A stretch of 63,243 nucleotides of DNA, filler included, from Chiloscyllium plagiosum (Eukaryota), in the NCBI RefSeq assembly GCF_004010195.1. It is 4 parts of 2 records of this genome, joined end to end, with 100 filler letters (N's around TTAATTAATTAA, not from the genome) between each part and the next. Parts side by side here need not be neighbours in the genome. Positions count along the whole stretch, not along the records: positions 1 to 26,803 come from NC_057711.1; 3 more parts are not named here. One strand, written 5' to 3'. A program made the translations under genes and the position numbers. This document shows positions 11,281-24,452 of the stretch, in pieces; position 1 is the first letter of the stretch, and each line of letters begins with the position of its first letter. The notes beneath the pieces were generated by a model. The model did no database searches and was not told the DNA's origin. It worked only from the letters and a program-made list of their open reading frames with translations.

Positions 11281-14224
11281 TGGCACTTAAATTGGTTTCA
11301 GATAGTTTTTGACACATTACACCATGGTCAAAGGATTGTATTTCAAAGCATAAAAAAGTGATTTATAAAATGTCTTTAACTTTAAAGGGTTGGATTTTAA
11401 ATGAAAGTGTACTTTCATAGTTTCACTGAGATAAAAGGCAAATATACCACAGAAATAGTTCTCCCCAAAGACAGTAACCAACAGGCAATTCCTTACTTTG
11501 ATCAAAATGATCACATCATTTGCTAAATATCTCACACTGATCATTTCTGCAAGTTTCTAATCCAAGCTACTGGACAGAGTGTGAGTGTATGTGGTGGGCT
11601 TTGCTGTTTGACCATGAACAGTGACATATCAGCAACGCAATCATTTGGCATGGAGGTTAAGGCTTTGAAATGCAGTGAAAACTGAGACTAAGATTAAGAT
11701 ATTAGAACCCACTAGAAGTCATTCTTGTTTAAGTCAACTGAGTTATAGCATTGTTGATGGGAAGATTGATATGTTCTTTCATTGTATTGTGCATAATGAT
11801 AAGTCCTGTTGAATTTCATTAAGTAAATTTATTTATAATTGCTGGTCTTTAAGTTCAATTTAATTTGAAATAAAGGAATTTAGCTCAGAGTTAATCCCAC
11901 CAGATTGTTTAATTTTGCTTTGGAGAGATTAAAGAAGCATGCATGTGATAAAACAGGAGTATCTAAGTTAACTCATAAGGAGCACCAAACCTTACATATC
12001 TAGGTTAGATGTGTGTAGTTGTATTCTGTATAACTAGATATTGGACAGTTGCAACAACCCCCAAAATATGTCCCCTTTTCTATGGTGGGACAAGTGGGGC
12101 TGTACCTGAGGAAATAGTTATGGCTGGACCTGAACCTTCTAACGATATGTTACAGTGCACAAATCTGCTGTTTTGGAGTATCAAATGTGTTATAAAAATG
12201 CAGACATTTTTCTTTTATAGTGCTTCAGAAGATGTTGATAACTAACATTGTTCTGATTTTATAGGGTGCCATTTCAGCCTATTATGCATTACTGTTTTGA
12301 AAGGTACTCCTAAATGATTCAAAACTAATGTGAAGAAAACAATGACTTCAGATATTTATACTTTGTCCTGTTAATTGTTTAAATTCTGTGAGCACTGAAA
12401 CATTCTGAAGAAGTGATGTGATGCTAGCAGTGCTGCAGTTACAGCATAAATATTGTCCAAGTCATTCTTAAGAGTTTTGTAGGTTGACTTTAATGTGACT
12501 GATGCAGAACTCTGTGACTCTACCCTTTGATGAATAAGCAAAGCAGTTATAAGAGAGAGTACTAGAAGCAACTCTCTTGACCCAAAAATTTCCATTAAGT
12601 TTTAAAAATTCTTATGAGACCCATATAACCACCTCTAAATTTAAAACATGGCAGTGCACCCGGCAGCAATAATATGGAAAATTTGAAGAAGATGCCGCAA
12701 TTTTTGACCTTAACGTGTTTGGGCAGTAAGTTGAGATCAAGCATTATCATGATTCATTGATGTTCATTGAAATTCATTCATATCAATGCAAATAATATTG
12801 GTAACTAATGGATTTAATGGTAACTAATTCTGCTGTAAATATTTATATTCACTCATCATTAAAATTCAGTGAAAAACATTACTCTTCTGCCTATCAATTT
12901 TATTCTGTTGTGCCATTGTCCAGTAATATCTTTATAAAAAACAGCAGTAAAGAAACTTTCACCTAATCATCAAGATTATCACCTTTAACCAAATAAATTA
13001 AATATATCCCTTTGTAGTCTTTTCCAACATTTTGTTAAATGCATGCATTGAAGAAAATTGTACAAAATCTCTTTCTTAAATTCTATCTCTTTAACAAAAG
13101 GGCAAAAGCGATGGTTTTTTTTGTTGTTTATTTTTGAGATATGAAATTTGACCAAGACAGAAATATTAGCTAATAGGTAGGAACTATTAAATTAGCTTTT
13201 CAAGTAAGTAATGTATGCTTTGGATGGACTGTGGCAATTATTCATGCTCATAAAAACAGGAAGATAAAAAAATTGAAAAAAATTTGAAATGCCAGAAGTT
13301 CCTATTGTCTGGAACACTCTCCAGACATGAGAGCACAAGTTACTTCCATTAGAATTTTTACAAAATGATTGATAGCTACACCACTGAACCATACTGTTCT
13401 TTGGAAGCTTCCTAACTGTTCTGCGTTATACCAAAATAACCGGCAAATTTCAAAAAATTGGTCCTGGCTGATATCTAGTACCACTTTAAAAAGAGTACCT
13501 CTGCCAGATAAAGCTGTTATTATTAATATTATTATTATTATTATTATTATTTAGGGCACTGTAAAATAACAGACACACTTTGTTGCTAAAGATCATGATC
13601 CCAGGGACTGAACCTATACCTAGACAGACAGAGGGGATCACTCTCCTGTGGCTCATAAATAATATGGCATTTGTTCACAAAAATGCATAGACAGGCGCAC
13701 ACACACAAACAGGCAGTCATGTCCAAATGTAATCTTTGGGTGAAGCAGGTCAGAGGCTGCCAGGTAATTGCATAACCATAGTTTAGTCCCCATTTTAAGC
13801 AACATTAACTTGCATTTATATAGCACATTTAATGGAGTAAATCATCTCAAGACACTTCACAGTAGCATTATCATTCGAAATTTGACATGGAACCACATGA
13901 AGGTATTAAGGCAGGTAACAAAATCTTGGAAAAGAATTAAGCTTTAAAAGTGTATAGAGAAGAAGGGAGACATAGAGAGGTTGAGGAAGGAATTTCCACA
14001 ACACACAGAACATTACAAAGTAAAGTCCCACTGTCTGGGCTTTTGCCTTTCATGAATTTGTCTCAACATACAGAACATTTTGAGTGCTATATTGGCCACT
14101 GGGGCAACTGTTCATTTACCCGCACTTATCATGGAATACAGTCTGTGCTAGGACTTTACACTCCAAAATAATCACTTCATGTAAGAACAGGCATGAACTC
14201 TGAAGATCGCTAATGATTGCACAA

Positions 14225-15025
14225 TGTTCAACATCATTCATGACTCCTCAGATACTGGAGCAGTCAATGTCCAAATGCAGCAAAACCTCAGCAATATCCA
14301 GGTTTGGGATGACAAATGGCGAGCAACAGTCTGGCCACACAACTGCCAGGCAGTGGCCATCTGAAACAAAGAAAATGTGACTATCACCTTTTGACATCTA
14401 TTAGCATTTCCATCACTGAATCACCCAATATCATCATCTTGGGAGTTATTATTGGACAGAAACTCAACTGGACACATCATATAAAGCTAATGGTTACAAG
14501 AGCAGGTCAGAGGCTAGAAATCCTGCAGCAAGTAACTCACCTCCTTACTCCCAAAGCTTATTCACCATCTACAAGGCACAAGTCAAGAGTGTGATGGAAT
14601 ACTCTCTACTAGCCTGGATGAGTACAGACCCAAGAACACTCAAGAAGCTTGACACCATCCAGGACAAAGCATCCCGCTTAATTGACACCACATCCACAAA
14701 CATCTACTTCCTCTATCACCGATGCTCACTAGAAGCAGGGTGTACTATCTACACGATGCACTGCAAAAATGCTGCAAGGCTCCTCAGACAGCACCTTCCA
14801 AACTCATGACCACTTCTATCCAGAAGAACAAAGGCAGCAGATACACAGGAACCTCACTACCACCACATGCAAGTTCCTCTCCAGGCCAGTTACCTTTCTG
14901 ACTCCGAAATATATCAGCCATTCAAGAAGGCAGCTCACCACCACCTTCTCAAGGACAACTAGCGATGGTCAATGAATACTGGTCCAGCCAGTATTCATTG
15001 ACACCCACATCCCATGAATAAATTT
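14225..15025 (+). mobile_element. CR1/L2-group LINE family 2, 3' part
   Basis: ORFs 14316..14594 and 14591..14809: ILGVIIGQKLNWTHHI...AGQRL...MEYSLLAW...LKKLDTIQDKASRLI (post-RT region of non-LTR ORF2). Confidence 0.8.
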
Positions 15026-15996
15026 TAAAATGAGGCAATACAGAGCTCTCACTGAGTCATTATCTTGTGACTAGGAATCCCATTCCCCGATACAAGACTC
15101 TGCCAAATGTGGCAAAGGTAGGTCTTCTCAACAAAATGAGTGTGGAGAAGAAATGGGAGAGTAGTCAAAGATTTAAGTTCAAGGCTAAGGGTAGGGCATC
15201 CACAAAGAATGTTTGAAAAATTAGTTAGTGGAAGATTGGCAGAAAGCAAAAGCAACTGGTTTGAAGGTTTCAGTTTCAGTGACAATGAAGTCCATTGGTC
15301 TTACACATGTTGGAGGAGAAGTGGAAGGAGACAGGCAAGAGGGGTTCATGAAGTGTCCTGGAATATTGAGCAGCTTCAGTAGATGAGAGCAGGATCGAGT
15401 AGTACTCGACATGGTGAATACCCACCATGTCTGTTCAGGTTTATGTCCCATGACCTTAACTGAGTAGAGATATTAGGGGAAAGACGAAGATGAGAGAGAG
15501 TAGTGGAATGAGGGATTCCATAATATTACATTGGGACAGGTGAGACCTGGTCTTGGTCCATTGCCATTACCCCAATTTGCTGTATTAGCTGTCCATATCT
15601 GGCTCTTGATCCTGAAAGGGTGGGCACTTAATGACCAAATAAAGGATGTTAACAACCTGCCCTCGGTTTTCAGGCTGGCAGGAGACATTCCAAATCATAC
15701 CTGGAAAGTCATCAGGATTGAGAGGTTTGGGAATGGAATGCCTTCTTCAATATCCTCCTTTCTGCCTGAAACACCCCAAACCCCACTGCACTGATGCTGA
15801 TCCTTCCTCCCCAGCTCCTCCATCCAGACTCCAGACCCCTCTCAGCATTGCCCTCTGGCCTCAGTTCCCTTCCTGGCTCTAAGACCTCCTACACTTACTT
15901 GGTCCTGAATTGCACAACTGAGAATCTGAAAGTGGTTTGTGTTCCCAGTGCATGCCATTACTGTCATTAGTGTTACTGGGACTACAGAACAGTTGG

Positions 15997-16883
15997 GAGA
16001 AAGTGAGGACTGCAGATGCTGGAGACTCAGAATCGAGAGTGTGATGCTGGAAAAGCACAGAAGGTCAGGTAGCATCTGAGGAGCAGGAGAATCGACATTT
16101 CAAGCATAAGCCTTTCATCAGGAATGTGGTGGTGGGGGCAAGGGGGCCAAGAGATAAATGGGAGGGAGGTGGGCCTGGAGGTAAGGTAGTTGGGAAGATG
16201 ATAGGTAGTTGAAGGTGGGAGATGATGGTGATAGTTCAGAGAGGAGGGTGGAGCGGATAGATGGGAGTTGGAGGGTTGGATTTGGGATGAGGCGGGGGAA
16301 GGGGAGATGAGGAAACTGGTGAAGTCCACATTGATCCCATGTAGTTGGAGGGTCCTGAGGTGGAAGATGAGGTGTTCTTCCTCCACGCGTTGGGTGGTAA
16401 GGGTATGGGGATGGAAGAGGCCCAGGACTTGCATGTCCTTGGCAGAGTGGGAGGAGGAGTTGAAATGTTTGGCCACAGGGCGGTGGGGTTGTTTAGTGCG
16501 TGTGTCCTGGAGATTTTCTCGGAAACATTCCGCACGTTGCCATCCAACTGCATGGGATCAATGTCGATTTCACCAATTTCTCCTCCTCCCACCTTATCAC
16601 AGATCCAACCCTCCAATTTGGCACTGCCCTCTTGAACAGTCCTAACCATCCATCTTCTTTCCCACCTATCCACTCTGTGACCTATCACCTTCTCTCCTCA
16701 CCTTCATCTAACTATCGCATTCCCAGCTACTTGTCCCCCTCCCCCCTCAACATCTCTAATTTATCTCCCAGCCCCCTTGGGCCACACCCCCATTCCTCAT
16801 GAAGAACGTATCCTCGAAATGTCAACTCACCTGCTGCCCGGATGCTGCCTGACTGACTGTGCTTTTCCAGCACCACACTTTTT
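15997..16883 (-). mobile_element. Penelope-like element family A, GIY-YIG C-terminus plus inverted pLTR
   Basis: ORF 16027..16476 (AKHFNSSSHS...EEEHLIFHLRTLQLHGINVDF) is a PLE endonuclease C-terminus; 16540-16883 is an inverted copy; 17-bp TSD with 2 mismatches (GACTACAGAACAGTTGG 15980-15996, GACTATGGAACAGTTGG 16884-16900). Confidence 0.85.
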
Positions 16884-17027
16884 GACTATGGAACAGTTGG
16901 CTAATCAGATTTCCACCATCTCCCTGACATGTGTCTACCTCTAGAGTGGAAGTGGGGAATAGTGGCAAGTAAAGTTTCAAGCCACTTCTTGATTATGGAG
17001 TGTTCACTGGGTACCAGGAACCAATAT

Positions 17028-17978
17028 TATAGAGTCACAGAGATATCCAGCATGGAAACAGACCCTTCGGTCCAACCTGTCCATGCCAACCAGATATCCC
17101 AACCCAATCTAGTCGCACCGGCCAGCACCCAGCCCATATCCCTCCAAACCCTTCCTATTCATATACCCATCCAAATGCCTCTTAAATGTTGCAATTGTAC
17201 CAGCCTCCACCACATCCTCTGGCAGTTCATTCCATACATGTACCACCCTCTGTGTGAAAAAGTCGCCCCTTAGGTCTCTTTTATATCTTACCCCTCTCAC
17301 CCTAAACCTATGTCCTCTAGTTCGGGACTCCCCGACCCCAGGGAAAAAACTTTGCCTATTTATCCTATCCATGCCCCTCATAATTTTGTAAACCTCTATA
17401 AAGTCACCCCTCAGCCTCCGACGCTCCAGGGAAAATAGCCCCACCCTGTCCAACCTCTCCCTGTAGCTCAGATCCTCCAACCCTGGCAACATCCTTGTCA
17501 AACTTTTCTGAATCCTTTCAAGTTTCACAACATCTTTCCGATAGGAAGGAGACCAGAATTGCACGCAATATTCCAACAGTGGCCTAACCAATGTCCTGTA
17601 CAGCCGCAACATGACCTCCCAACTCCTGTACTCAATACTCTGACCAATAAAGGAAAGCATACCAAATGCGTTCTTCACTATCCTATCTACCTGAGACTCC
17701 ACTTCCAAGGTGTCTTTGTTCAGCAACACTCCTGAGGACCTTACCATTAAGTGTATAAGTCCTGCTAAGATTTGCTTTTCCAAAATGCAGCACCTCGCAT
17801 TTATCTGAATTAAACTCCATCTGCCACTTCTCAGCCCATTGGTCCATCTGGTCCAGATCCTGTTGTAATCTGAGGTAACCCTCTTTGCTGTCCACTACAC
17901 CTCCAATTTTGGTGTCATCTGCAAACTTACTAACTGTACCTCTTACGCATCCAAATCATTTATGTAAATGACAAAAAT
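17028..17978 (-). mobile_element. HER1-like CR1 LINE, RT end to tail
   Basis: FADD (TTTGCAGATGAC on minus) near 17920; ORF 17109..17783 has LYRTLVRPLLEYCVQFWSP; CTATGACT-type tail. Confidence 0.95.
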
Positions 17979-19699
17979 GACACAGCGTTGTTCCTGCTGA
18001 CTGTCAGGTGGCTCTATGAGCATCCAGACCTCCTGAAAAATCCTGACCGCTCTCATGAGTAGCGTTTCAAAGGCCAGACAGATTAGATTTTGAAAGTACA
18101 GCTGTAAAACAATTGAAATAGAAACAGTTTGGGAAAGAAAACATTTCTTATGATAGGCGCAAGGTAATTATTCCACTTCAATTCTATTGCATTGTTTTAT
18201 AAATAGTTTACTTTAAACAGCAGTGTGGTTTGAGTGAAGCTGAGAAAATATTTCCTTAATAGCAGTTTCCAAGTCTTGACAAAATAATCAGAGCAAAATG
18301 ATCCATTAGATCATTAGCATTGTTCTGGCTTGAGATAATTGTATATTCATTCAATTTTAACTCCAATGTGAGCCTACTGGGGACCAATGGTATTCCTTTA
18401 CCAATACTGGGAACTACAGCAGCATTTATCACAATATCTGTTATCCCATACTATACTGTAGAGATAAAAGAAGGGCAAAGGGAAGAGAGAATATGTATAT
18501 TTATCTACTCTCTTCCAAGCCAAATATAACCTTCCATCTGCACAGGTGAAGAGGAATATTGCAGCTCAATTATTCAGGAAATTTAACAAAAAGCCATTTC
18601 TCTTTCTCATTGTAACTCCTCAAATTTGGTCTGTTTCGGGGGTGAATTCTGATAAAATAGTCCATTAATTTTTTGAGTTATTCCATATTTTTCCTTCTTT
18701 TAAAATGATTCAAGATTACAAGTGCTCTAAGCTCGTCAACACTCGAAAGTTGCAATGTAATCATGATTAAGGGTACATATTGGTCATTATGAGCAGTGGA
18801 TACTCCGCCCATGAGTATATGGCAGCACGTCCCAAACTCAGCATTTCAACTGGGTCATGAGCTGAATATTTGAGAGCATGTGCTCTGAGGCATCAGTCAT
18901 GGCCCCTTCAGTTTGACTAAGTTGTAACAGCTGTGCTCTCACACAAATAGGGCACTGCTCTCACAGCCCCCCTGACCTCCTGCTTTCACAGTTTTCATTG
19001 AGAGTTTACACAAATTTTCAAGTCTCCGAATGGGGCCACTGTGACAAATCCATTGATCATAATCCCACTTCTGTCTTGAGACTGCTGGCAGCTTCTGGAA
19101 CCTAAGACCTAAGAGGCAAAAATGGAAAAGAGGATGGACTGAAGTTAAAAGGCCCACTTTTGTTCACAGAAAGCCTTGTCCTGGATTTTTGAGGCAATCA
19201 GTAACTCAACTATGTGTTAAATGTTGTAAACGATTCATAGCCCTGTTACACTTTCACCTTATCCGTTCAGCTCCTCATCATGGCTCTGACTCAGCACTCA
19301 CCCTTTTCATCCTCAGTCTCTGCAGCCCTACACCCTCACCCAGATTATTAACAGATCTCTCAATACCTGGTACAATTGGAAGCTGTTGGATAGCCCACAA
19401 AACTTCCTGATAAAACAAACTCTTCAAAGCAAACAAAGGCACATACTTATAAAATAATTAGTCAGGTGGAATATAGCCAAGAACCAGTAAGACTTGTTGA
19501 GTAAACAAATAAACCTCAGAACTGTCATCATGGCTAGGCTGAATTTCTGTTTGTTAATATTTTTTGAAAAATAAAATGTACTGGTGAGTATTTTGAAAGA
19601 GGGTTAATTAGTTCCTGATTACAACATTATTAAAAAGCTTGCATGATCCAGAATAGAAGAAAAGAGTAAATAGAGAACTAAAATAAGCTAAATTAAATC

Positions 19700-19895
19700 C
19701 AATCTCTTGATCTGAACTATCAACATCCTTTCTCCCCCAGCACTCCACCAGCCCCCACTATAGCATAAATGCTGTCCCCTCTATACTTCATTTCAGTTCT
19801 GATGAAGAGTCATCCAGACAAATTGTTAGTTTGTTCTCTCTCCATGAATGCTGTCTGACCCATTGTGATCTCCAGCATTTGTTGTTTTTAGTACA
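19700..19895 (+). mobile_element. Old PLE-like 3' terminus
   Basis: TTCTGATGAAGAGTC... followed by TGCTGTCTGACC...TCTCCAGCATTTG; degenerate hammerhead. Confidence 0.45.
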
Positions 19896-19949
19896 GCACC
19901 TGAATAATTCACTTCTAAACTAAGTGTGGTTGGGTTTCAGTTTTTTATT

Positions 19950-20684
19950 GTTGAAACTTTATTGCTGGAACAGCACAGCAGGTCAGGCAGCATCCAGGGA
20001 ACAGGAGATTCGACGTTTCGGGCACAGGCCCTTCTTCAGGAATGAGCAGAGAGTGTTCAGCAGGAGAAGATAAAAGGTAGGGAGGAGGGACTTGGAGGAG
20101 GGGCGTTGGAAATGTGATAGGTGGAAAGAGGTCAAGGTGAGGGTGATAGGTCGGAGTAGGATGGAGGCGGAGAGGTCAAGAAGAAGACTGCAGGACAGGA
20201 AGGCGGTGCCGGGCTGGAGGCCCCAAAGGAAACTTCCATATCCGCCACAGATTCACCTGCACCTCCACCCACATCATCTACTGCATCCGCTGCAGCCGGT
20301 GTGGCCTCCTCTATATTGGGGAGATGGGGCTTTGGAGAGAAGTGAGGGGGGAGGTGTGGGCGCAAGTGTTGCACCTCCTGCGGTTGCAAGGGAAGGTGCC
20401 GGGAGTGGAGGTTGGGTCGGTGGGGGGTGTGGATCTGACAAGGGAGTCGCGGAGGGAGTGGTCTCTACGGAAAGCTGATCGGGGGGGGGAGGGAAATATA
20501 TCCTTGGTGCTGGGGTCTGTTTGGAGGTGGCGGAAGTGACGGCGGATGATGCGCTGTACATGGAGATTGGTGGGGTGGTAGGTGAGGACCAGTGGGGTTC
20601 TGTCCTGGTGGCGGTTGGAGGGGCGGGGCTCAAGGGCGGAGGAGCGGGAAGTGGAGGGATAGGGGAGGGGAGGGAAATATATCC
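19950..20684 (-). mobile_element. Penelope-like element family A, internally rearranged, 15-bp TSD
   Basis: TSD TTTCAGTTTTTTATT at 19935-19949 and 20685-20699; 20221-20323 (+) reads RFTCTSTHIIYCIRCSRCGLLYIGE (GIY-YIG); 20324-20660 (-) reads PLVLTYHP...DSLVRS...GTFPCNRRRCNTC (PLE linker/Zn finger). Confidence 0.88.
20008..20043 (-). ncRNA. Minimal type I hammerhead ribozyme motif (PLE family A)
   Basis: Minus strand AUUC-CUGAAGA-A-GGGC-CUGU-GCCC-GAA-ACGUC-GAAU: full core, 4-bp stem I, 4-bp stem II, palindromic ACGU stem III, GUC triplet. Activity untested. Confidence 0.8.
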
Positions 20685-21477
20685 TTTCAGTTTTTTATTC
20701 CTTTTTCTGTTTGGCAATTGAGAACACTGATAATTTTGAAAAGAGAAACCAATTCTGAATGATCTTCCCTTTAGCAATGTGAACAGCTATTGAAACAGGT
20801 CCCTGAGAATAGAGAAAAATGTTGTTTCATTATGTGGTTGAAATGCTTGGAAAAGCCTGACATTGTGAATTGGATAATACCCATTGCCACTGTGGAAGTG
20901 GTGCAACAGCCAAGGAGGCTGTTAAAGGGGGTCTACAAAGGAGGCTCTGGAGATTTTATGTTATCAGGAATGTTGTGAGCCAAGTGAGGAAAGGTTCTTT
21001 GGTATATTCCCTGCCAGTAGTATCTGTGTCTGGAGTCTAGAGATGGAATATGACTACTGAGACTGAAGGGCCAAAATGATTGGATGGACGTGAGAAATCT
21101 GATAAAATGAAAGTTGAGTTTGAAAGCCTGTGAGATTTCACAATGCCACATTTTGCAGTAAGAAACATACATGCTTTTGGCCACATGAGATTTGTCTTTG
21201 GGTGAAATTTATCTTTGTTATTTAAATATCCTTCACATATTAAATAATAGTTGAGTTATATTCACTTCCGCTGGTTTGTTACAAGAGCCGTTTTAAAAGT
21301 GAAATCTTGTCCCAGTGAGTTGCTTTATATTATTGTTGTGCTGTTCCTTTGTAAATATTATTGGTCTTTCTTCCACCCACATGAAAATGACCAAAGAGGG
21401 AACATGGATGGGACACCTAGCTGCCCCACTCAGTGGTCTGGCCTCTATTTGAATGATGGGGAGGGGGAATGAATGGA

Positions 21478-21600
21478 AGAAGGGGCCTGTGCCCGAAACG
21501 TCGAATCTCCTGTTCCCTGGATGCTGCCTGACCTGCTGTGCTGTTCCAGCAATAAAGTTTCAACTTTGATCTCCAGCATCTGCAGACCTCACTTTCTCCC
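21478..21600 (+). mobile_element. Solo PLE tail (family A), 123 bp, 12-bp TSD
   Basis: TSD GGAATGAATGGA at 21466-21477 and 21601-21612; about 80 bp match the reverse complement of 19950-20030. Confidence 0.85.
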
Positions 21601-22601
21601 GGAATGAATGGATGTCCAAGTAAAAAATGGACTACAATGGACTATATCTTTTTTATTTTCAAACAATGTTTTCTTTATTTCTCCATTTTGTATCTAAGGT
21701 TTACAGCTAGATCCTTTGTACCTAAGATGATACTATGAGGGATGACATTATAAACTTTTCACTGTACACCTGTATTTCTGTACTTGAGTGCACATGACAC
21801 TAAACCTAATTGTAAGATTCTATTCTATTCTAAATAATGTGGACAAATGTGAAGTTATTCACTTTGGTCATAGCTATTAGTAGAGACAAACAGAATATAA
21901 TTTTAAAAAGTGAGAACTTGTAATTGTTGATGTTCAGAGATAGTTGATTTTGCTTCTTTAAAGAACACAGAAAGTTAACATATGAGTAACAACAAGCTTA
22001 GGAAGGCAAATGGCATGTTGGTCTGCATCGCAAGGGGACAGGAATAACAAATTCTTGTTAAAATTGTACAGAGCCTTGATGAAACCTGGGATACTTTGTT
22101 TTGATTTGACCTTCCTGTTTAAGGAAGGATATGCTTGCAGAAGAGGCTGTACAATGTTGGTTTACATGATTGGTTGCTGGAATGAGTAGGTTGTCTTTTG
22201 ATGAGAGGCTGAGAAAATTAGATTAATGTTAGTTTATGGAAATCTGATTCATTCATCCATTAGTTCCACTTTATCCACAGCACTGATTACTTCCTGAACG
22301 TACTCTCTTAAATTGGTTAGTATGATTAGCTTTCACAAAACCACTTTGACTCTGCCTAATTTCCTTGAAATTTTTGAAGTGCCTTCCTATAACACCTTTA
22401 ATAATAGTTTCTAACATCATCCATATGACAAATATTTAGCTAACTGACCATGGTTTCCTGCTTTCTGTCTTGCTCCCTTTTGAATAAAAGAGTTACATTG
22501 TTTCAGTTCTGTGGGAACTATTCCTGATTCCAGGGATTTTGGGAGAAACTTTGGCAGATGGGCATCAACTATCTCACTTGTCACTCCTTTTATTGATTCT
22601 A

Positions 22602-22730
22602 GAATCTGATGAAGGGCTTATGCCCGAAACACCAATTCTCCTGCTCCTCAGATGCTGCCTGACCGACTGTGCTTTTCCAGCAACACACTCTTGACTTTGA
22701 TCTCCAGCATCTGAGGTCCTCACTTTCTCC
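22602..22730 (+). mobile_element. Solo PLE tail (family A)
   Basis: CTGATGAAGGGCTTATGCCCGAAAC... to CTCACTTTCTCC. Confidence 0.8.
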
Positions 22731-22737
22731 GAGCATC

Positions 22738-23590
22738 CATAGAGTCATAGAATCGTTGAGATGTACAGCACAGAAACAGACCCTTCGGTCCGCCTCATCC
22801 ATGCCAATCAGATATCCTAACTTAGGCAAAAGTGAGGACTACAGATGCTGGAAACCAATGTTTAGATCAGAGTGATGCTGGACATGCACAGCAGGTCAGA
22901 CAGCATCTGAGGAGCAGGAAAATCGACGTTTCGAGCAAAAGCTCTCCATCAGGAATGGAGGCAGGAAGCCTATTCCTGTCTCTATTCCTGATGAAGGGCT
23001 TTTGCCTGAAACGTCGATTTTCCTGCTCCTCAGATGCTGCCTGACCTGCTGTGCATTTCCAGCACCACTCTGATCTAAGATATCCTAACTTAGTCTAGTC
23101 ACATTTGCCAGCACTTGATCCATATCCCACTAAACCCTTCCTATTCATGTAACCTATCCAGATCCCTTTTAAATGTTGTAATTGTACCAGCCTCCACCAC
23201 TTCCTCTGGCAGCTCATTCCATACACGTACCACCCTCTGTGTGAAAAGGTTGCTCTTTAGGTCCCTTTTATATCTTTCCTCTCTCACCCTAAATCTATAC
23301 CCTATAGTTCTGGACTCCCCCACCCCAGGGAAAAGACTTTGTCTATTTATCCTATCCATGCCCCTCATGATTTTATAAACTTCTGTAAGGTCGCCCTTCA
23401 GCCTCTGATGCACCAAGGAAGACAGCCTGTTCAGCCTCCCCTTATAGCTCAAATCCTCCAACCCTGACAACATCCTTACAAATCTTTTCTCAACCCTTTC
23501 AAGTTTCACAACATCCTTCCAATAGAAGGGAGAACAGAATTGCACACAACATTCCAAAAGTGGCCTAACCAATATTCTATACAGCCACAA
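22738..23590 (-). mobile_element. HER1-like CR1 LINE 3' part, interrupted by PLE hairpin
   Basis: ORF 23141..23590 LYRILVRPLLECCVQFCSP...; tail at 22738-22800. Confidence 0.9.
22826..23077. mobile_element. Fold-back PLE mini-element (family A), 16-bp TSD
   Basis: Perfect TSD AGATATCCTAACTTAG at 22810-22825 and 23078-23093; inverted arms each carrying a hammerhead motif. Confidence 0.9.
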
Positions 23591-23659
23591 ATGTTCTCAG
23601 TTCCCTTTCTCTGGTAACGGTAATTGTCTTGCCTTTCACACCTTTGTCTCCTGATAAAT

Positions 23660-24250
23660 ACAGTGGCTGCAAGAGCAGGTCAGAGGCAAGGAATCCTGCA
23701 GTGAGTATCTCACTTTCTGACTCCCCAAAGCCTGTCCATGATCTACAAGGCTCAAGACAGGAGTGTGATAGAATCTCCCCACTTGCCTGGCTGAGTGCAG
23801 CTCCAACTAAATTCAAATGTCTTGCCAAAATCCAGGATAAAGCAGCCTGTTTGATTGGCACCACATCCACAAGCATCCACTCCATCCACCACCAACATTC
23901 AGTGTGTGCTATCTACAAGATGCACTGCAGAAATTCACCAAAGATCCTCAGACAGCACTTTCCAAACCTATGACCACTTCCATCTGGGACAAGGGCAGCA
24001 AATACATGGGAAGACCAGCACCTTCAGGTTCCCTTCCAAGCCCCTCACCATCTTGACTTAGAAATAAAGCACCATTTCTTCATTGTTGTTGGGTCAAAAT
24101 CCTGAAATTCCCTCCCTAATAGCATTGTGGGTCAACCTGCAGCAGTGGACTCCAACGGTTCAAAAAGGCTGCTCACCATCACCGGCTCAACGGACAACCA
24201 GTGACAGGAAATAAATGCTGGCCCAGCCAGTGATGACCACATTCACAATT
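23660..24250 (+). mobile_element. CR1/L2-group LINE family 2, 3' part
   Basis: ORF 23629..23973 SPLAWLSAAPT...IQDKAACLIG; AATAAATGCTGGCCCAGCCAG tail. Confidence 0.8.
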
Positions 24251-24353
24251 GAAGATATAAAACAAATCAACAAGCCTCTCACTGTAGATGATGTTTTATG
24301 TCTTTCTCTTTGAAGAGTACACAGGAGAAGGGTTACAAACCAGTTACAACTCA

Positions 24354-24452
24354 ATTGGAATATGCTAATGAGACTTAGAGTCCCCCATTAGAATATGCTA
24401 ATGAGACTGAGAGTCCTCTATTGGAATATGCCAGTGAGACTGAGAGTCCTGT
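24354..24452 (+). repeat. 33-bp tandem repeat x3
   Basis: ATTGGAATATGCTAATGAGACTTAGAGTCCCCC and two variants at 24387 and 24420. Confidence 0.9.

Noticed and set aside
19950..21600. One 1.65-kb element bounded by near-identical inverted termini
   Set aside because: Each terminus has its own separate TSD, so these are two insertions of one young subfamily.
24354..24452. Possible CRISPR-like array
   Set aside because: Head-to-tail tandem units without unique spacers, in vertebrate DNA with no cas genes.
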